A DNA stretch of 64,000 bases from the IMG/VR virus record IMGVR_UViG_3300043607_000053; one strand, 5' to 3'. The DNA is from a virus. The position numbers and the translations under genes were made by a program. Of this stretch, positions 28,150-37,787 are shown piece by piece. Under the pieces are notes generated by a model. That model was given only the letters and a program-made list of their open reading frames with translations, searched no databases and was not told where the DNA came from. Each line of letters opens with the position of its first letter. The first letter of the stretch is position 1.

Positions 28150-28257
28150 GTTGTTCGCGCCAAAAAAAACCGGACGGTACTGCCGTACCCGGTTTGTGAA
28201 TAACTGATCTTTTTTCGTTAATAAACCCTTTGTTTGATAACAGTAAAATCTAAAAAC

Positions 28258-28776
28258 ATGAATACAAGAGCGACAATCGCCATTGAAAAGGCACATGCAA
28301 CCTACGATCTCCGTATGCTGCTGATCCCCTGGTTACAGTTTAAGGCGGTGGTTACCTTTAAAGCCAATCCCAGTTACGGAACTTCAGCGGCAGTTAAAAA
28401 AACTTTTTACGGTGATGAGCATAGCTGTACCTACAAGCAATGTTTGGCCGGCCACGTAGATAAAATTGTCCTGAACCGGTTAAAGGGATATACGGCACTT
28501 ATTGATATGGTTGAGAATATCAATTTTAAGAAGAGCTATGTTAAAGTATATTTTTATGGACGCAGCCCGCAAACGGGCAATTTTGATATCCTGCACAGGT
28601 ATTATTATGAAGGAAAATTAAGTGATCAACGTGTAAATGATCCCGTACTGGATTCAATTAACGTGGAAAAAAATCTTGATTTCAAAGTTTCCGGCAATAG
28701 GCTTCTTCTTTTAGATCCTACCCTATTATCTGAAGCAGTTAATGATCCGCATAGAATTGGTGATTTTTTGCACTAA
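28258..28776 (+). CDS. Hypothetical protein
   Basis: ATG 28258 after TAAAAAC. Confidence 0.6.
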   Translation: MNTRATIAIEKAHATYDLRMLLIPWLQFKAVVTFKANPSYGTSAAVKKTFYGDEHSCTYKQCLAGHVDKIVLNRLKGYTALIDMVENINFKKSYVKVYFYGRSPQTGNFDILHRYYYEGKLSDQRVNDPVLDSINVEKNLDFKVSGNRLLLLDPTLLSEAVNDPHRIGDFLH

Positions 28777-28960
28777 TCATTACCGTATATGTGCAGTAAA
28801 AGCAGCAAAATATTATGGGTGATTTTTCTATTTGAAAACATAATTTCTTCGGTTGCGGTTATGGCCCGATGGTAAGATAGTATGGTCATTTCTTTCCTTT
28901 GCGATCTCCTATACTTTTTGCAAGTTTATTATACGGTATCGAATTAAAAAATAATGTATT

Positions 28961-29161
28961 ATGTCTTCCCAAAAGGAGCTTATTACCAATTACCGGTATG
29001 CCTGGATAAAGTTCAAGCAAACAAATGAGTATAAACACTTAGTAACCTGTCTTAAAAATAAAAATATCGCTCAACCTTACAGGGATAATATTTTAATGGC
29101 TTCTTTTGCGGCAGGATGGCTTGCAACCGGAAAGAAAATTCATATCCTTCCAGGTAAATAA
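28961..29161 (+). CDS. Hypothetical protein
   Basis: 66 aa. Confidence 0.5.
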   Translation: MSSQKELITNYRYAWIKFKQTNEYKHLVTCLKNKNIAQPYRDNILMASFAAGWLATGKKIHILPGK

Positions 29162-29232
29162 GCCCCTGTTTAGTCCCTTCCCTACCCTTTTTGTTTCAAT
29201 ACAATATTATTAACCCCCAAATATTTAAATCT

Positions 29233-29589
29233 ATGGGATTGTATTTATTCAACTTTAGAAACATCGACGCAGTAAAGAACATACTGCGTGCACTTCAACA
29301 CCCTTTGCGCAAAAAATTGATTCATCACATTGACAAAAATCCCGGATGTAGTGTGACGGAGATATATATAAGTTTGAGGCTGGAGCAATCTGTGGCATCG
29401 CAACATTTAGGGGCACTACGAGCTGCGGGAATTTTAATAACAGAAAGGCAAGGAAAGAATGTATTATATAAGCTGAAACAGGAGGCCCTGGAATTAATTG
29501 AAGATTTATGCGGTAAGATAATTATTGCAGCCGGTACAGACCCCAGTAAGCCAATTAAAAAATATGCAGGACTTCCACCAAAAAATTAG
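29233..29589 (+). CDS. ArsR/SmtB-family wHTH regulator
   Basis: LRALQHPLRKKL...LEQSVASQHLGALRAAGIL. Confidence 0.85.
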   Translation: MGLYLFNFRNIDAVKNILRALQHPLRKKLIHHIDKNPGCSVTEIYISLRLEQSVASQHLGALRAAGILITERQGKNVLYKLKQEALELIEDLCGKIIIAAGTDPSKPIKKYAGLPPKN

Positions 29590-29865
29590 TAATGAAAACC
29601 CAAATTAATATCCTTACTACCGGTCAAAATATCCAAAGTGACGCAAATAGTTTTGCGGATCGACAATTACTGAATACCGGACCTGGTGATCGGGGAGCGT
29701 GCATTTATACGGTAAAAAATTAAGTGTTTAGTCCTAAAGGAAATCAGCAAAACCGCTTAATAAAAAAAGTATTCTTTTGAAATTAAATAATTCAATTTTT
29801 TGTCGATACAATTGTATCTGATAAATGAAAAAAACAAAATTTTAAACGGAGATACGGTGATGTAG

Positions 29866-29955
29866 GAAAACGAAATCCCGGCGACGCAAACCACCGGGAT
29901 TGTTTAGTAGTAATCAAAATAAGGCTGTCAGCCAGACGACCTTATTCATAGAATC
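29866..29955 (-). ncRNA. Candidate ~90-nt two-hairpin small RNA (contains 11-aa uORF MNKVVWLTALF)
   Basis: Perfect TATCTTTG box at 29960-29967; hairpins 29918-29946 and 29874-29901. Confidence 0.45.
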
Positions 29956-30104
29956 TGCACAAAGATAGAAGAAAACAGGCAATTTTATGGTATTTCCATA
30001 TTATTTCCATGCTTTTTATATTGGCTAATAGTACACAGGATAGCAGTTTACGAGGCTAAATTAGTCCGGTTTTCATGTGAAACCTTACCTATATATGGCT
30101 AAAA

Positions 30105-30581
30105 ATGATGGATATAGATCTGGAGGAGCAGTTTGTTTGGCGCATAACAGGCAATACCCCGGTTGATTGCGTATGTGACAAGTGCATTAACCTTTGCAAA
30201 AAATCACCGTGCACTGGCACCCCTGCTGAAATTCTACGGTTAATCAATAATGGATTTATACACCGCATACAGCCCGCTTTTTATGCGGCCTATGTGTTGC
30301 ATCCTATTACCATGTACACCGTATGTTTCGACCAGGCAAAAGGATCCTGCTCTTTTCTGCTTAATGACCGGTGTGAGCTTCATACGGTCGGTTTAAAGTC
30401 AATGGAGGGGCGAATGACTGATTGCCGTATTCCCAGGCGTCCCAAAGGAAAGATCCCCCTACCCTATGCCGTGGCGCTTACCTGGACAGTCCAGGAAAAT
30501 GCGAAGACTATTAAGCTGATCCAAAAAGCCATGAGCAAAAGGGTAGGAATTGAGATGCAGATATATGGATTTATGGAATAG
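30105..30581 (+). CDS. YkgJ-family CxxCxxCC-like protein
   Basis: CVCDKCINLC...CSFL...CELH. Confidence 0.7.
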   Translation: MMDIDLEEQFVWRITGNTPVDCVCDKCINLCKKSPCTGTPAEILRLINNGFIHRIQPAFYAAYVLHPITMYTVCFDQAKGSCSFLLNDRCELHTVGLKSMEGRMTDCRIPRRPKGKIPLPYAVALTWTVQENAKTIKLIQKAMSKRVGIEMQIYGFME

Positions 30582-30622
30582 GTGTGAATTTACACCTATA
30601 TTTAGGTGTAAATTCACACCTA
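30579..30622. repeat. Perfect 20-bp inverted repeat upstream of parA (parS/operator candidate)
   Basis: TAGGTGTGAATTTACACCTA-tatt-TAGGTGTAAATTCACACCTA. Confidence 0.85.
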
Positions 30623-30634
30623 AATAATTTAAGC

Positions 30635-31294
30635 ATGATCTACACTGTTGGAGGAATTAAAGGTGGCACTGGTAAGACAACCATTGCTACAAACCTGGCC
30701 GTATGGCTATCGCAAAGAAGTAAAGATGTATTGCTCATCGATGCCGATGATCAGGAAACAGCCAGCGATTTTACCGCCTGGCGCGAAGAACGGCTAAAGG
30801 ATAAAGTGGGCTACACCGCTATCAAGCTCACTGGAACATCGATTTATCACCAGGTTAAGCAGTTAAAGGAAAAGTATGAATATATCGTAATCGATGTAGG
30901 CGGTCGTGATACTACCAGCCAGCGTGCGGCCATGAGCGTGTCAGATGTGTTTCTCCTGCCCTTCCAGCCCCGATCGATGGATTTCTGGACACTTACAAAG
31001 GTCCAGAAGTTATTACTGGAAATTCGCAGCGGAAGGGACACAGAATTGACGGCCATTTCATTTTTGAACCGGGCAGATGTGCGTGGTCAGGATAACATTG
31101 GATCAAGTGAGGCGCTTGCAGACTGCAAAGAAATACTTTTCGTTGATCAACCTATTGTTAACCGGAAAGCCTTTGCAAACGCTTCAGCAATTGGATTATC
31201 CGTAATTGAGCTGGATCCCCCTGACACAAAAGCCACCAAAGAGATAACCGCTCTTTTTAATATTTTATTAATGCCTAAACCCGCAACCGTATGA
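30635..31294 (+). CDS. parA: ParA/ParF-family partition ATPase
   Basis: KGGTGKTT deviant Walker A, LLIDADDQ, IVIDVG. Confidence 0.9.
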   Translation: MIYTVGGIKGGTGKTTIATNLAVWLSQRSKDVLLIDADDQETASDFTAWREERLKDKVGYTAIKLTGTSIYHQVKQLKEKYEYIVIDVGGRDTTSQRAAMSVSDVFLLPFQPRSMDFWTLTKVQKLLLEIRSGRDTELTAISFLNRADVRGQDNIGSSEALADCKEILFVDQPIVNRKAFANASAIGLSVIELDPPDTKATKEITALFNILLMPKPATV

Positions 31295-31611
31295 GTAAAG
31301 CAAAATTTACGGCACCCCCAAAAAAGGGAAATGATACAGCGCAGACTATTACCGCTCCGAGAAAAGATGAAAACAAACTCCTGAAGATCATTAACAAGGG
31401 AGGAACGCCGGCCAATACTGAACCAAGCTCGGGAGAAGTAGTTTTAAAAAGTATCAATTTGAAGATTCCGGAAACTGATCTGAGTGATTTTAAAAAAATC
31501 ATTGACAAAATTCCAAAAGAGCCGGGCAAGAAAAAAGCGATATCCATTGACAGATGGATATTACAGGCAGCTTGCGAAAAAAGGGATCTATTATTAAAAA
31601 GCGAAGTCTAA
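31291..31611 (+). CDS. Small partition adaptor (ParG-like ribbon-helix-helix)
   Basis: Coupled to parA; flexible basic N-terminus, KSINLKIP...ISIDRWILQAACEK. Confidence 0.6.
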   Translation: MSKAKFTAPPKKGNDTAQTITAPRKDENKLLKIINKGGTPANTEPSSGEVVLKSINLKIPETDLSDFKKIIDKIPKEPGKKKAISIDRWILQAACEKRDLLLKSEV

Positions 31612-31645
31612 AAACAGGTGCAAATTTGCACCCAAATTTGCACCT
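31610..31645. repeat. GGTGCAAATTTGCACC palindrome plus half-site (par motif cluster)
   Basis: Perfect 16-bp palindrome 31617-31632; AAAAACAGGTGC at 31610. Confidence 0.8.
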
Positions 31646-31676
31646 AATGTTATCCAACCAAAAAATGCACACACAC

Positions 31677-32165
31677 ATGGCAAAGAAAATGTTCATTTCA
31701 GGGCTGATTATGATTTTTTGCGCCGGAGCATCCGGGCAACTAAAAAAGGATAATGATGTTTTACTGTCAACACACGTTTTCGGTTTCCTGGAGGACCGGG
31801 ATAATATTCACATAGCGGTTAGAAAACCGGAAGCCGAAATATTAATATTCGATATCGATTCACTTGGAAAAATTGCATCTATCCATCTTTATTCAGACCA
31901 GGAACAAAGGGACGTATCATTTTCTATTTTGAAGCAATTGAAACCGATCGATCTAAGCGATCTTACATTTACCAACTGGGAGAATGCGGCAGTTATCCTG
32001 CCAGTAGTGACCGTATCTGAACAGTCTTCCTTCCCTAAAGATTATGGCTATATAGCTAAGATTAACTGGGCAATGCCGCACATACATATACAGGGGCAAA
32101 CCGTATTAATCAATCCCATTTTTCATTTAATGCCACAGGCCAAAAAACAAAAGAACGGACTATGA
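31677..32165 (+). CDS. Secreted protein, TonB-C-like pattern
   Basis: Signal peptide; ILIFDIDSLGKIASI...VILPV. Confidence 0.45.
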   Translation: MAKKMFISGLIMIFCAGASGQLKKDNDVLLSTHVFGFLEDRDNIHIAVRKPEAEILIFDIDSLGKIASIHLYSDQEQRDVSFSILKQLKPIDLSDLTFTNWENAAVILPVVTVSEQSSFPKDYGYIAKINWAMPHIHIQGQTVLINPIFHLMPQAKKQKNGL

Positions 32166-32629
32166 AAAAAGCAATTATGACACCAGTATTTTTTTCCTTG
32201 TCTATCATGGGTATAGCGCAAAGTCTTTCCCATAGACAAATCCGTGACCTCCAAAGCCGGTTTATGAAGAGGATCATGCTGGAGCAGCCGGGACCAGGCG
32301 ATAGTGTGCCGGCAGAATACCTGGAATTTCTGCTTTGTGTAGATAGTTGCGGAAGGATAGAGAGTACCCACGTATTATTTGAATCAGGTAGCAGGGGTTC
32401 AATATGCGCAATTTTAAACAATCTTCCTGTTTCAATATTCGATGGATGGGAAGCGCCCAAGGCCAGCAATAAAACGCTGGTTTTTCCGATTGCCTTTATT
32501 CCGCGCGACGGTTGTACGGGCTATATTTTAGATTTGGTCAACTATGGGAGGCAATGCAAGGATCTTGTAAAGGACGAAACACGCCGGACGATCATTTTCA
32601 AGACCTACATTATTGATCAGCTCCAGTAA
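32162..32629 (+). CDS. Secreted protein, TonB-C-like pattern
   Basis: Signal peptide; FLLCVDSCGRIEST...NKTLVFPIAF. Confidence 0.45.
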   Translation: MKKAIMTPVFFSLSIMGIAQSLSHRQIRDLQSRFMKRIMLEQPGPGDSVPAEYLEFLLCVDSCGRIESTHVLFESGSRGSICAILNNLPVSIFDGWEAPKASNKTLVFPIAFIPRDGCTGYILDLVNYGRQCKDLVKDETRRTIIFKTYIIDQLQ

Positions 32630-32642
32630 TGCCTGAGTGGGT

Positions 32643-32800
32643 ATAAAAATGCACCTGAATTTGCACCTGTTTTTAGGTGCAAATTCAGGTGCATTTTTAT
32701 GTAACCCGAAATTTCATACAAATAATTTCCGTAACCGGCGTGCAACAAATGGTGCAAAATCAGATTCGCACCTGTTTTTGCATATATTTTTGGGTGTAAA
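32643..32800. repeat. Perfect 26-bp inverted repeat plus extra motif copies (par motif cluster)
   Basis: ATAAAAATGCACCTGAATTTGCACCT-gttttt-AGGTGCAAATTCAGGTGCATTTTTAT (32643-32700); further copies at 32751, 32768, 32792. Confidence 0.85.
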
Positions 32801-32809
32801 ATTAATACC

Positions 32810-33505
32810 ATGCCAGTAAGTCAATATGCTGATCGCGATCCGCGATCAGGTAGCCGCCCGGTGTACCCGCCTGAATTTCCAATGTTTGCAATCGGTATTC
32901 CCACCCTCAACCGCTGGGATCTGTTAAGGCCGGTATTATGGAAATACGTGCACGATTTTCCGCATATAGATATTTTCGTTTTGGATAACGGCAACCAGCG
33001 TAAAGAAATCCAGCGTCCACAGATCCATTATATCAACCAGGCTGAAAATATTGGTGTTGCTGCAAGCTGGAATGTTCTATGTAAAATGATCTATGAGAAG
33101 GGCAATGCCTTCGCGCTTATTGTCAATGATGATGTGTATTTAGGACGCAACGAATATGAGATAGGCAATCTGCTTCATTTTCAAAAAGGGTTCTTTTTTC
33201 GGGCGCCGATGGATTGGTGCTCGTTCATAGCACCGAAACAGACCTACCTGGCGGTAGGACCATTCGACGAAAACTTCAAAGCCTATTATGAAGACAACGA
33301 TTACGAATACCGCCTTAAACTGGCCGGAATGGGCTTTACAAGGTGGGATATGCTAAGTCCAATGCTTTATAGAAAAAATAGCAGCCTGGAAAAAAACTCC
33401 GATGTATTGAATTGGTCCATACAGGGTAGGAATTATTATATAGAGAAGTGGGGTGGAGAGCCCGGGGCAGAAAAATTTACCATTGCTTTTGATGGAACAA
33501 AATAA
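32810..33505 (+). CDS. GT2-family glycosyltransferase
   Basis: IGIPTLNR, VLDNG, GVAASWN, NDD, FDENF.AYYEDND. Confidence 0.8.
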   Translation: MPVSQYADRDPRSGSRPVYPPEFPMFAIGIPTLNRWDLLRPVLWKYVHDFPHIDIFVLDNGNQRKEIQRPQIHYINQAENIGVAASWNVLCKMIYEKGNAFALIVNDDVYLGRNEYEIGNLLHFQKGFFFRAPMDWCSFIAPKQTYLAVGPFDENFKAYYEDNDYEYRLKLAGMGFTRWDMLSPMLYRKNSSLEKNSDVLNWSIQGRNYYIEKWGGEPGAEKFTIAFDGTK

Positions 33506-33865
33506 AAACTTATATCTTCAACCCCTGATCGGATTTTTACGATATCGAGGTAATTTGAATCGACCAGGCACCCTAATTTAGCGATATATATATTTTTTTC
33601 AATATCAATAGAAACCGTGCGAAGGATTTGTGATAGTGGAAGACCGTGAATAAATAAGATTGATCCGTACCAACCCGTTTTACACTTCTCGCCCTTAATC
33701 ATTACAGCGATTGCTCCAGTAGCAGTCATGGCGTTAAGAATGCCATGACCGTATTCCCCACTGGTATGCTGGCAAATGCCAGTAAAGTCATGTAATAAGG
33801 TTATCACATATCCCGCCAATACAACACTCGTAGAGTAAAAATTAGGAGTATTTACCTATTTTTTT

Positions 33866-34075
33866 ATGAGCACGATCGTTAAGTCATTTACTATTTCCAA
33901 AACGCCGCGTCAGATTGAATCTATCGGGACAAAGATCTATTGCTCCTGGCAGCAACTATTACCCTATCTGGGAATAGTTGCCGGCATAGCAAAAGATGAG
34001 ATCATCGATGGATTCGTAGCTGATGAAAAAGGCATGGAAATAAAAATAAGTCAAATTATAAATCAGAAGAATTGA
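33866..34075 (+). CDS. Hypothetical protein
   Basis: 69 aa. Confidence 0.5.
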   Translation: MSTIVKSFTISKTPRQIESIGTKIYCSWQQLLPYLGIVAGIAKDEIIDGFVADEKGMEIKISQIINQKN

Positions 34076-34182
34076 TATCCTGAAAGATCCCGGGACCAAC
34101 AACCGCGTAAAAAATATTACCTGGTGACTTGCCGGCGAGAGAAATGAGTTAACCAAATTAGTAAACGAAAATCTTAAAGAAA

Positions 34183-34788
34183 ATGAAAAGTGATTCAGCG
34201 TTGACAGATTATTGGTTGGGCATTGATGCGTCAACCACCATGAACAAAAAAGATCCGCCCGGCGAAATAACACGCTGGGACCATGCTCGGGAGGTGGCAA
34301 AGAGTATCGTCTCCAGGTGCGAGAACAAAGATTCAAAAGGGATTGATTTAGTAGTATTTTCAGACCGCCTTAAACATTATGAAGGCGTTACTTCAGCCAA
34401 AGTAGAAGAAATCTTACAGGAGTGGACCCCCAACGGAACAACGGACACTGCGGGATCCATACAGATGATCACCCAAAAATATTTTGATCGTAAAAGCAAG
34501 GGGCCGGTCAATGCAATATCAGTATTGATCTTGAGCGATGGCCTGCCAAGCATGGAGGAAGATGTAGTGCAGACGATCAAAGAAGTGTGTGAAAAAATGG
34601 ATACAGAAAAGGAAATCAACATTTCCTTTATCCAGGTTGGAACTGACGAAGCGGGAAGGGATTACCTGAAAAAACTCAAATCAGATTTATCCGGGGCTAA
34701 ATATGATATCGTACAGGTAACAACGTTCGACGTTCTTTCGCAGACCACGATCGAAGATCTTGTGCCGGAAGCCGTTATTGAAGACTAA
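34183..34788 (+). CDS. von Willebrand factor A domain protein
   Basis: IDASTTM (MIDAS-like), GTTDT, LSDG.P, FIQVG.D. Confidence 0.85.
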   Translation: MKSDSALTDYWLGIDASTTMNKKDPPGEITRWDHAREVAKSIVSRCENKDSKGIDLVVFSDRLKHYEGVTSAKVEEILQEWTPNGTTDTAGSIQMITQKYFDRKSKGPVNAISVLILSDGLPSMEEDVVQTIKEVCEKMDTEKEINISFIQVGTDEAGRDYLKKLKSDLSGAKYDIVQVTTFDVLSQTTIEDLVPEAVIED

Positions 34789-34802
34789 CCCCATTTCTAT
34801 CG

Positions 34803-34830
34803 GCAAAGGGCCGCAAGGCCCTTTGCTTTA
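34803..34830 (+). terminator. Intrinsic terminator (GCAA tetraloop)
   Basis: GCAAAGGGCC-GCAA-GGCCCTTTGC then TTTATT. Confidence 0.7.
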
Positions 34831-34853
34831 TTCGAGAAAATACGAAGCGGAAA

Positions 34854-35525
34854 ATGGAAAGTGAAAGCCAATTCAATGAAACAATGGATTGGGGTAGGGA
34901 ATTTGACAAAATATTTTTGATCAATTTACCATCCCGGACAATCCAACTGCATTTTGTAACATCGAGACTAGCGGGTTACGGAATCCCGTTTGAAATAGTG
35001 TCTGCAATTCAATTGGATAATGGAGCAAGAGGGTTATTTGAAACAATGAAAAATCTGTTTGCCCATTGTGTTTTTGAAAAATACAAAAGGATTCTATGCC
35101 TGGAAGATGATATCCGCTTTGTCCGGGATCCCAATTTTTTTCTCCCTATAATGATGCACCAGCTCAACCGGCTGGATCCGCAGTGGCATTTATTTTATCT
35201 AGGCGCTAATACGCATGAACCACTCAGGCAGGTTACTCCCAATATACTCAAGGCAAAGAAATGCAGAACTACGCACGCCGTTGCTTACAGCGCTGCGGGT
35301 ATAAAGTTGTGCCTGCAGAATATGAATTTTTTCAAGTTCCCTATTGATGTACTATGGCAGGATATGATTCAACCCCTGGGCAGATCTTACTGCAGCTTTC
35401 CGTTACTGGCTACTCAGGGCGACGGATTTTCTGATATAGAGGGAAAGAGAGTTAGTAACAGGCATATAGAGGAAAGATTTGCTGAAAACACAAAACACCT
35501 GGCACATGCTGAAAAAGAAAAATAA
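34854..35525 (+). CDS. GT25-family glycosyltransferase
   Basis: IFLINLPSR, LEDDIRF, LFYLG, THAVAYS, PIDV. Confidence 0.85.
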   Translation: MESESQFNETMDWGREFDKIFLINLPSRTIQLHFVTSRLAGYGIPFEIVSAIQLDNGARGLFETMKNLFAHCVFEKYKRILCLEDDIRFVRDPNFFLPIMMHQLNRLDPQWHLFYLGANTHEPLRQVTPNILKAKKCRTTHAVAYSAAGIKLCLQNMNFFKFPIDVLWQDMIQPLGRSYCSFPLLATQGDGFSDIEGKRVSNRHIEERFAENTKHLAHAEKEK

Positions 35526-36351
35526 ATTTCCCAATGCATTATTTTTTTGGAACCGAAAACCACAAAAGTCGGCCAGTGAACGATTGGAAGAAATACTGCC
35601 GGTTATTATAAAGTATATACCTGATATCCGTAAACTCATGCGTCAGTCGGTGGATGCCACTACGGACAGTGATGGAGTGATCATTGGTCAAATGTATGAT
35701 TTTGTAAAAGCCTATGATAATAGCATAATAGTAGGAGGATGGCACACGCCTGACGCCCCCGATAACGCTGCCCTAATGGACGCTAATGGGCCAGCCGGAG
35801 ATTTTTCCAGGGAGCAAAGCGCCGGCAAGAAAGAGCGCATTAAAATAAAGCCGAAGGACGTATGTGACAAACTGGAAACTTGTCCTACTCCCTGGTCTAA
35901 TAAGGATCTGGATAAAAAGATTGCTGTCTTAAAAGACAAATCCCTGCTATCTAATCAGCGATTTGTAAGTGCGCAGATCGACGGTATGATAAAGCGGCTG
36001 GAGAATCGGAAGAGATACCCGGACGGTGCGGAATTTTATGAAAGGTTTAAAAATACGAACGATGATGCAATTGACGCACTCCTGCAGAAGTATAAACTTG
36101 TTTTAAAGGAAAGCACATTGTTTATTCCAACCTTTCCTGATGAAGCTACCCAGGTAATGAAAGAGTATAGCATTATTACCGAAAAGCTCACAAAGGAAAA
36201 ACCGGTTTTTTATGTGATCGCGGAGGAAACTGATTTCAAGGAAAAGCTAAAGAGGCTGGACCCGATTTTATTAGTTCAAAGTCCGTTCGGGTTTTACTGG
36301 CAAATTCTCGGAGCATGGGATAAGGAAATGATTTTGTTGAGTGAGTTATAG
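35506..36351 (+). CDS. Hypothetical phage protein
   Basis: 281-aa ORF ending DPILLVQSPFGFYWQILGAWDKE. Confidence 0.7.
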   Translation: MLKKKNKFPNALFFWNRKPQKSASERLEEILPVIIKYIPDIRKLMRQSVDATTDSDGVIIGQMYDFVKAYDNSIIVGGWHTPDAPDNAALMDANGPAGDFSREQSAGKKERIKIKPKDVCDKLETCPTPWSNKDLDKKIAVLKDKSLLSNQRFVSAQIDGMIKRLENRKRYPDGAEFYERFKNTNDDAIDALLQKYKLVLKESTLFIPTFPDEATQVMKEYSIITEKLTKEKPVFYVIAEETDFKEKLKRLDPILLVQSPFGFYWQILGAWDKEMILLSEL

Positions 36352-36463
36352 TGTAGAAAAAAAGTCCCTGTATTGAAGCACAAGGACCTTTAAGAGTAAG
36401 GTCTTGATTTAAGGCAGTAAAAAATGGTTAACTATAATAATTCCTGATTTTTAAAACTACACT

Positions 36464-36916
36464 ATGTCACTTAAAATTGTCATTGAATCATTGCGAATGG
36501 GGGAGGACCCATTTTCTGTAATACCACCAATAACAGATGCGAAGGATTTAAACCTAGTCTTACCTTTTTATATTTCCGCTCCCTGTTTTTATAATACCAG
36601 CGAAAAAAAGAACGAACAGGGCCTTATAACACTAAAAATGTTACAGGATCTTGAAGACGGAACAATTACTAATCTAAGGCCGGTTTTAAGGAAATGGCCT
36701 GACGATATTTCAGAGGGAGAGCTTGAATCATTTTTTAAAATGGGGTTACTTAGAAATCCACTATCAATGATACTCAGTGTACTTACTAGGCCTGGCGCTG
36801 GCGGTCAGCAGTTTTCTCCCATGCAATTGCTTGTACTGATCCGGATGCGGTACTGGCTATTTGGCGAAATAGCATTTAAAACCAATTTGGTGTTACGGCA
36901 GGACAAGGGCTTATAA
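36464..36916 (+). CDS. Hypothetical protein
   Basis: 150 aa. Confidence 0.6.
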   Translation: MSLKIVIESLRMGEDPFSVIPPITDAKDLNLVLPFYISAPCFYNTSEKKNEQGLITLKMLQDLEDGTITNLRPVLRKWPDDISEGELESFFKMGLLRNPLSMILSVLTRPGAGGQQFSPMQLLVLIRMRYWLFGEIAFKTNLVLRQDKGL

Positions 36917-36988
36917 AAATAGAATGGGGCCCATTGCCAAAGCATGTAACGATTATAAACGGGGCTGCTTATTTGTTATACCTGCTTT

Positions 36989-37744
36989 ATGAAACAGCAA
37001 CATTTCACGATTATCATTACTGCGTATAATGCGCAGGAATGGATAGCGCAGTGCATATCTTCTGCAGTCATGCAGGATTATGACAATTTCGATATCATTT
37101 GCGTGGATGCGGCATCCTCCGATGATACGTATTATACCATGATGGATATGCAGGCAAGGAATAACATAAAAGGAAATTTTACCATTTCCCGGAACTTTCC
37201 CCGGCGCTGTTACCAGGTTGAGAATATAATGAAAGCTGTAAAAAGGGCTGAACCAGGATCTATTTGTGTAAGCCTTGATGGGAATGATCACCTGGCGGGA
37301 TTCGATGTACTTCATACCCTGAATGCGGTATATAATCCGGAAGTGTGGATTACATACGGGAGGTACAGGCATCAGAATTATTCGCATATTTCCGCAGATG
37401 CACACCACCGGTACCCGGATGAAGTAATTGCCGGCAATACATACAGGCAATATCCTAAGCAATTGTACACGCACCTTCGCACCTGGCGACGTGAACTATT
37501 TTTAAAAATCAGGGAAGACGACCTCAAGATCGATGGCAGATTTGCGTGCAATGCCGGCGATTGTTTTTTTGGTTATCCTCTTGTTGAAATGGCTGGCCAC
37601 CGGCAGGCATTCATCAATAAAATTCTGTACGTGTATAATACCAATAATCCATTATCTGACGGAATTGTACAGCCCGAAGAACAGGTAAGAATGGCTGATT
37701 ATGCAAAAAGTTTAACACCCTATGAACCCCTGGCTAACTTATGA
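36989..37744 (+). CDS. GT2-family glycosyltransferase
   Basis: IIITAYNAQEWIAQCISS...VDAASSDDT. Confidence 0.85.
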   Translation: MKQQHFTIIITAYNAQEWIAQCISSAVMQDYDNFDIICVDAASSDDTYYTMMDMQARNNIKGNFTISRNFPRRCYQVENIMKAVKRAEPGSICVSLDGNDHLAGFDVLHTLNAVYNPEVWITYGRYRHQNYSHISADAHHRYPDEVIAGNTYRQYPKQLYTHLRTWRRELFLKIREDDLKIDGRFACNAGDCFFGYPLVEMAGHRQAFINKILYVYNTNNPLSDGIVQPEEQVRMADYAKSLTPYEPLANL

Positions 37745-37787
37745 ATGTATTGATAAATAATTATAAAGCAATCCTAACCCATACAAG

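Noticed and set aside
32643-32700. Long perfect inverted repeats as hairpin-telomere (telRL) sites
   Set aside because: No protelomerase is recognised, the repeats have spacers, and the motif is repeated around parA, so a centromere is the simpler explanation. This cannot be fully excluded without the flanks.
33436-33819. 127-aa minus-strand ORF
   Set aside because: It overlaps the GT2 3' end, opposes the operon and has no motif support.
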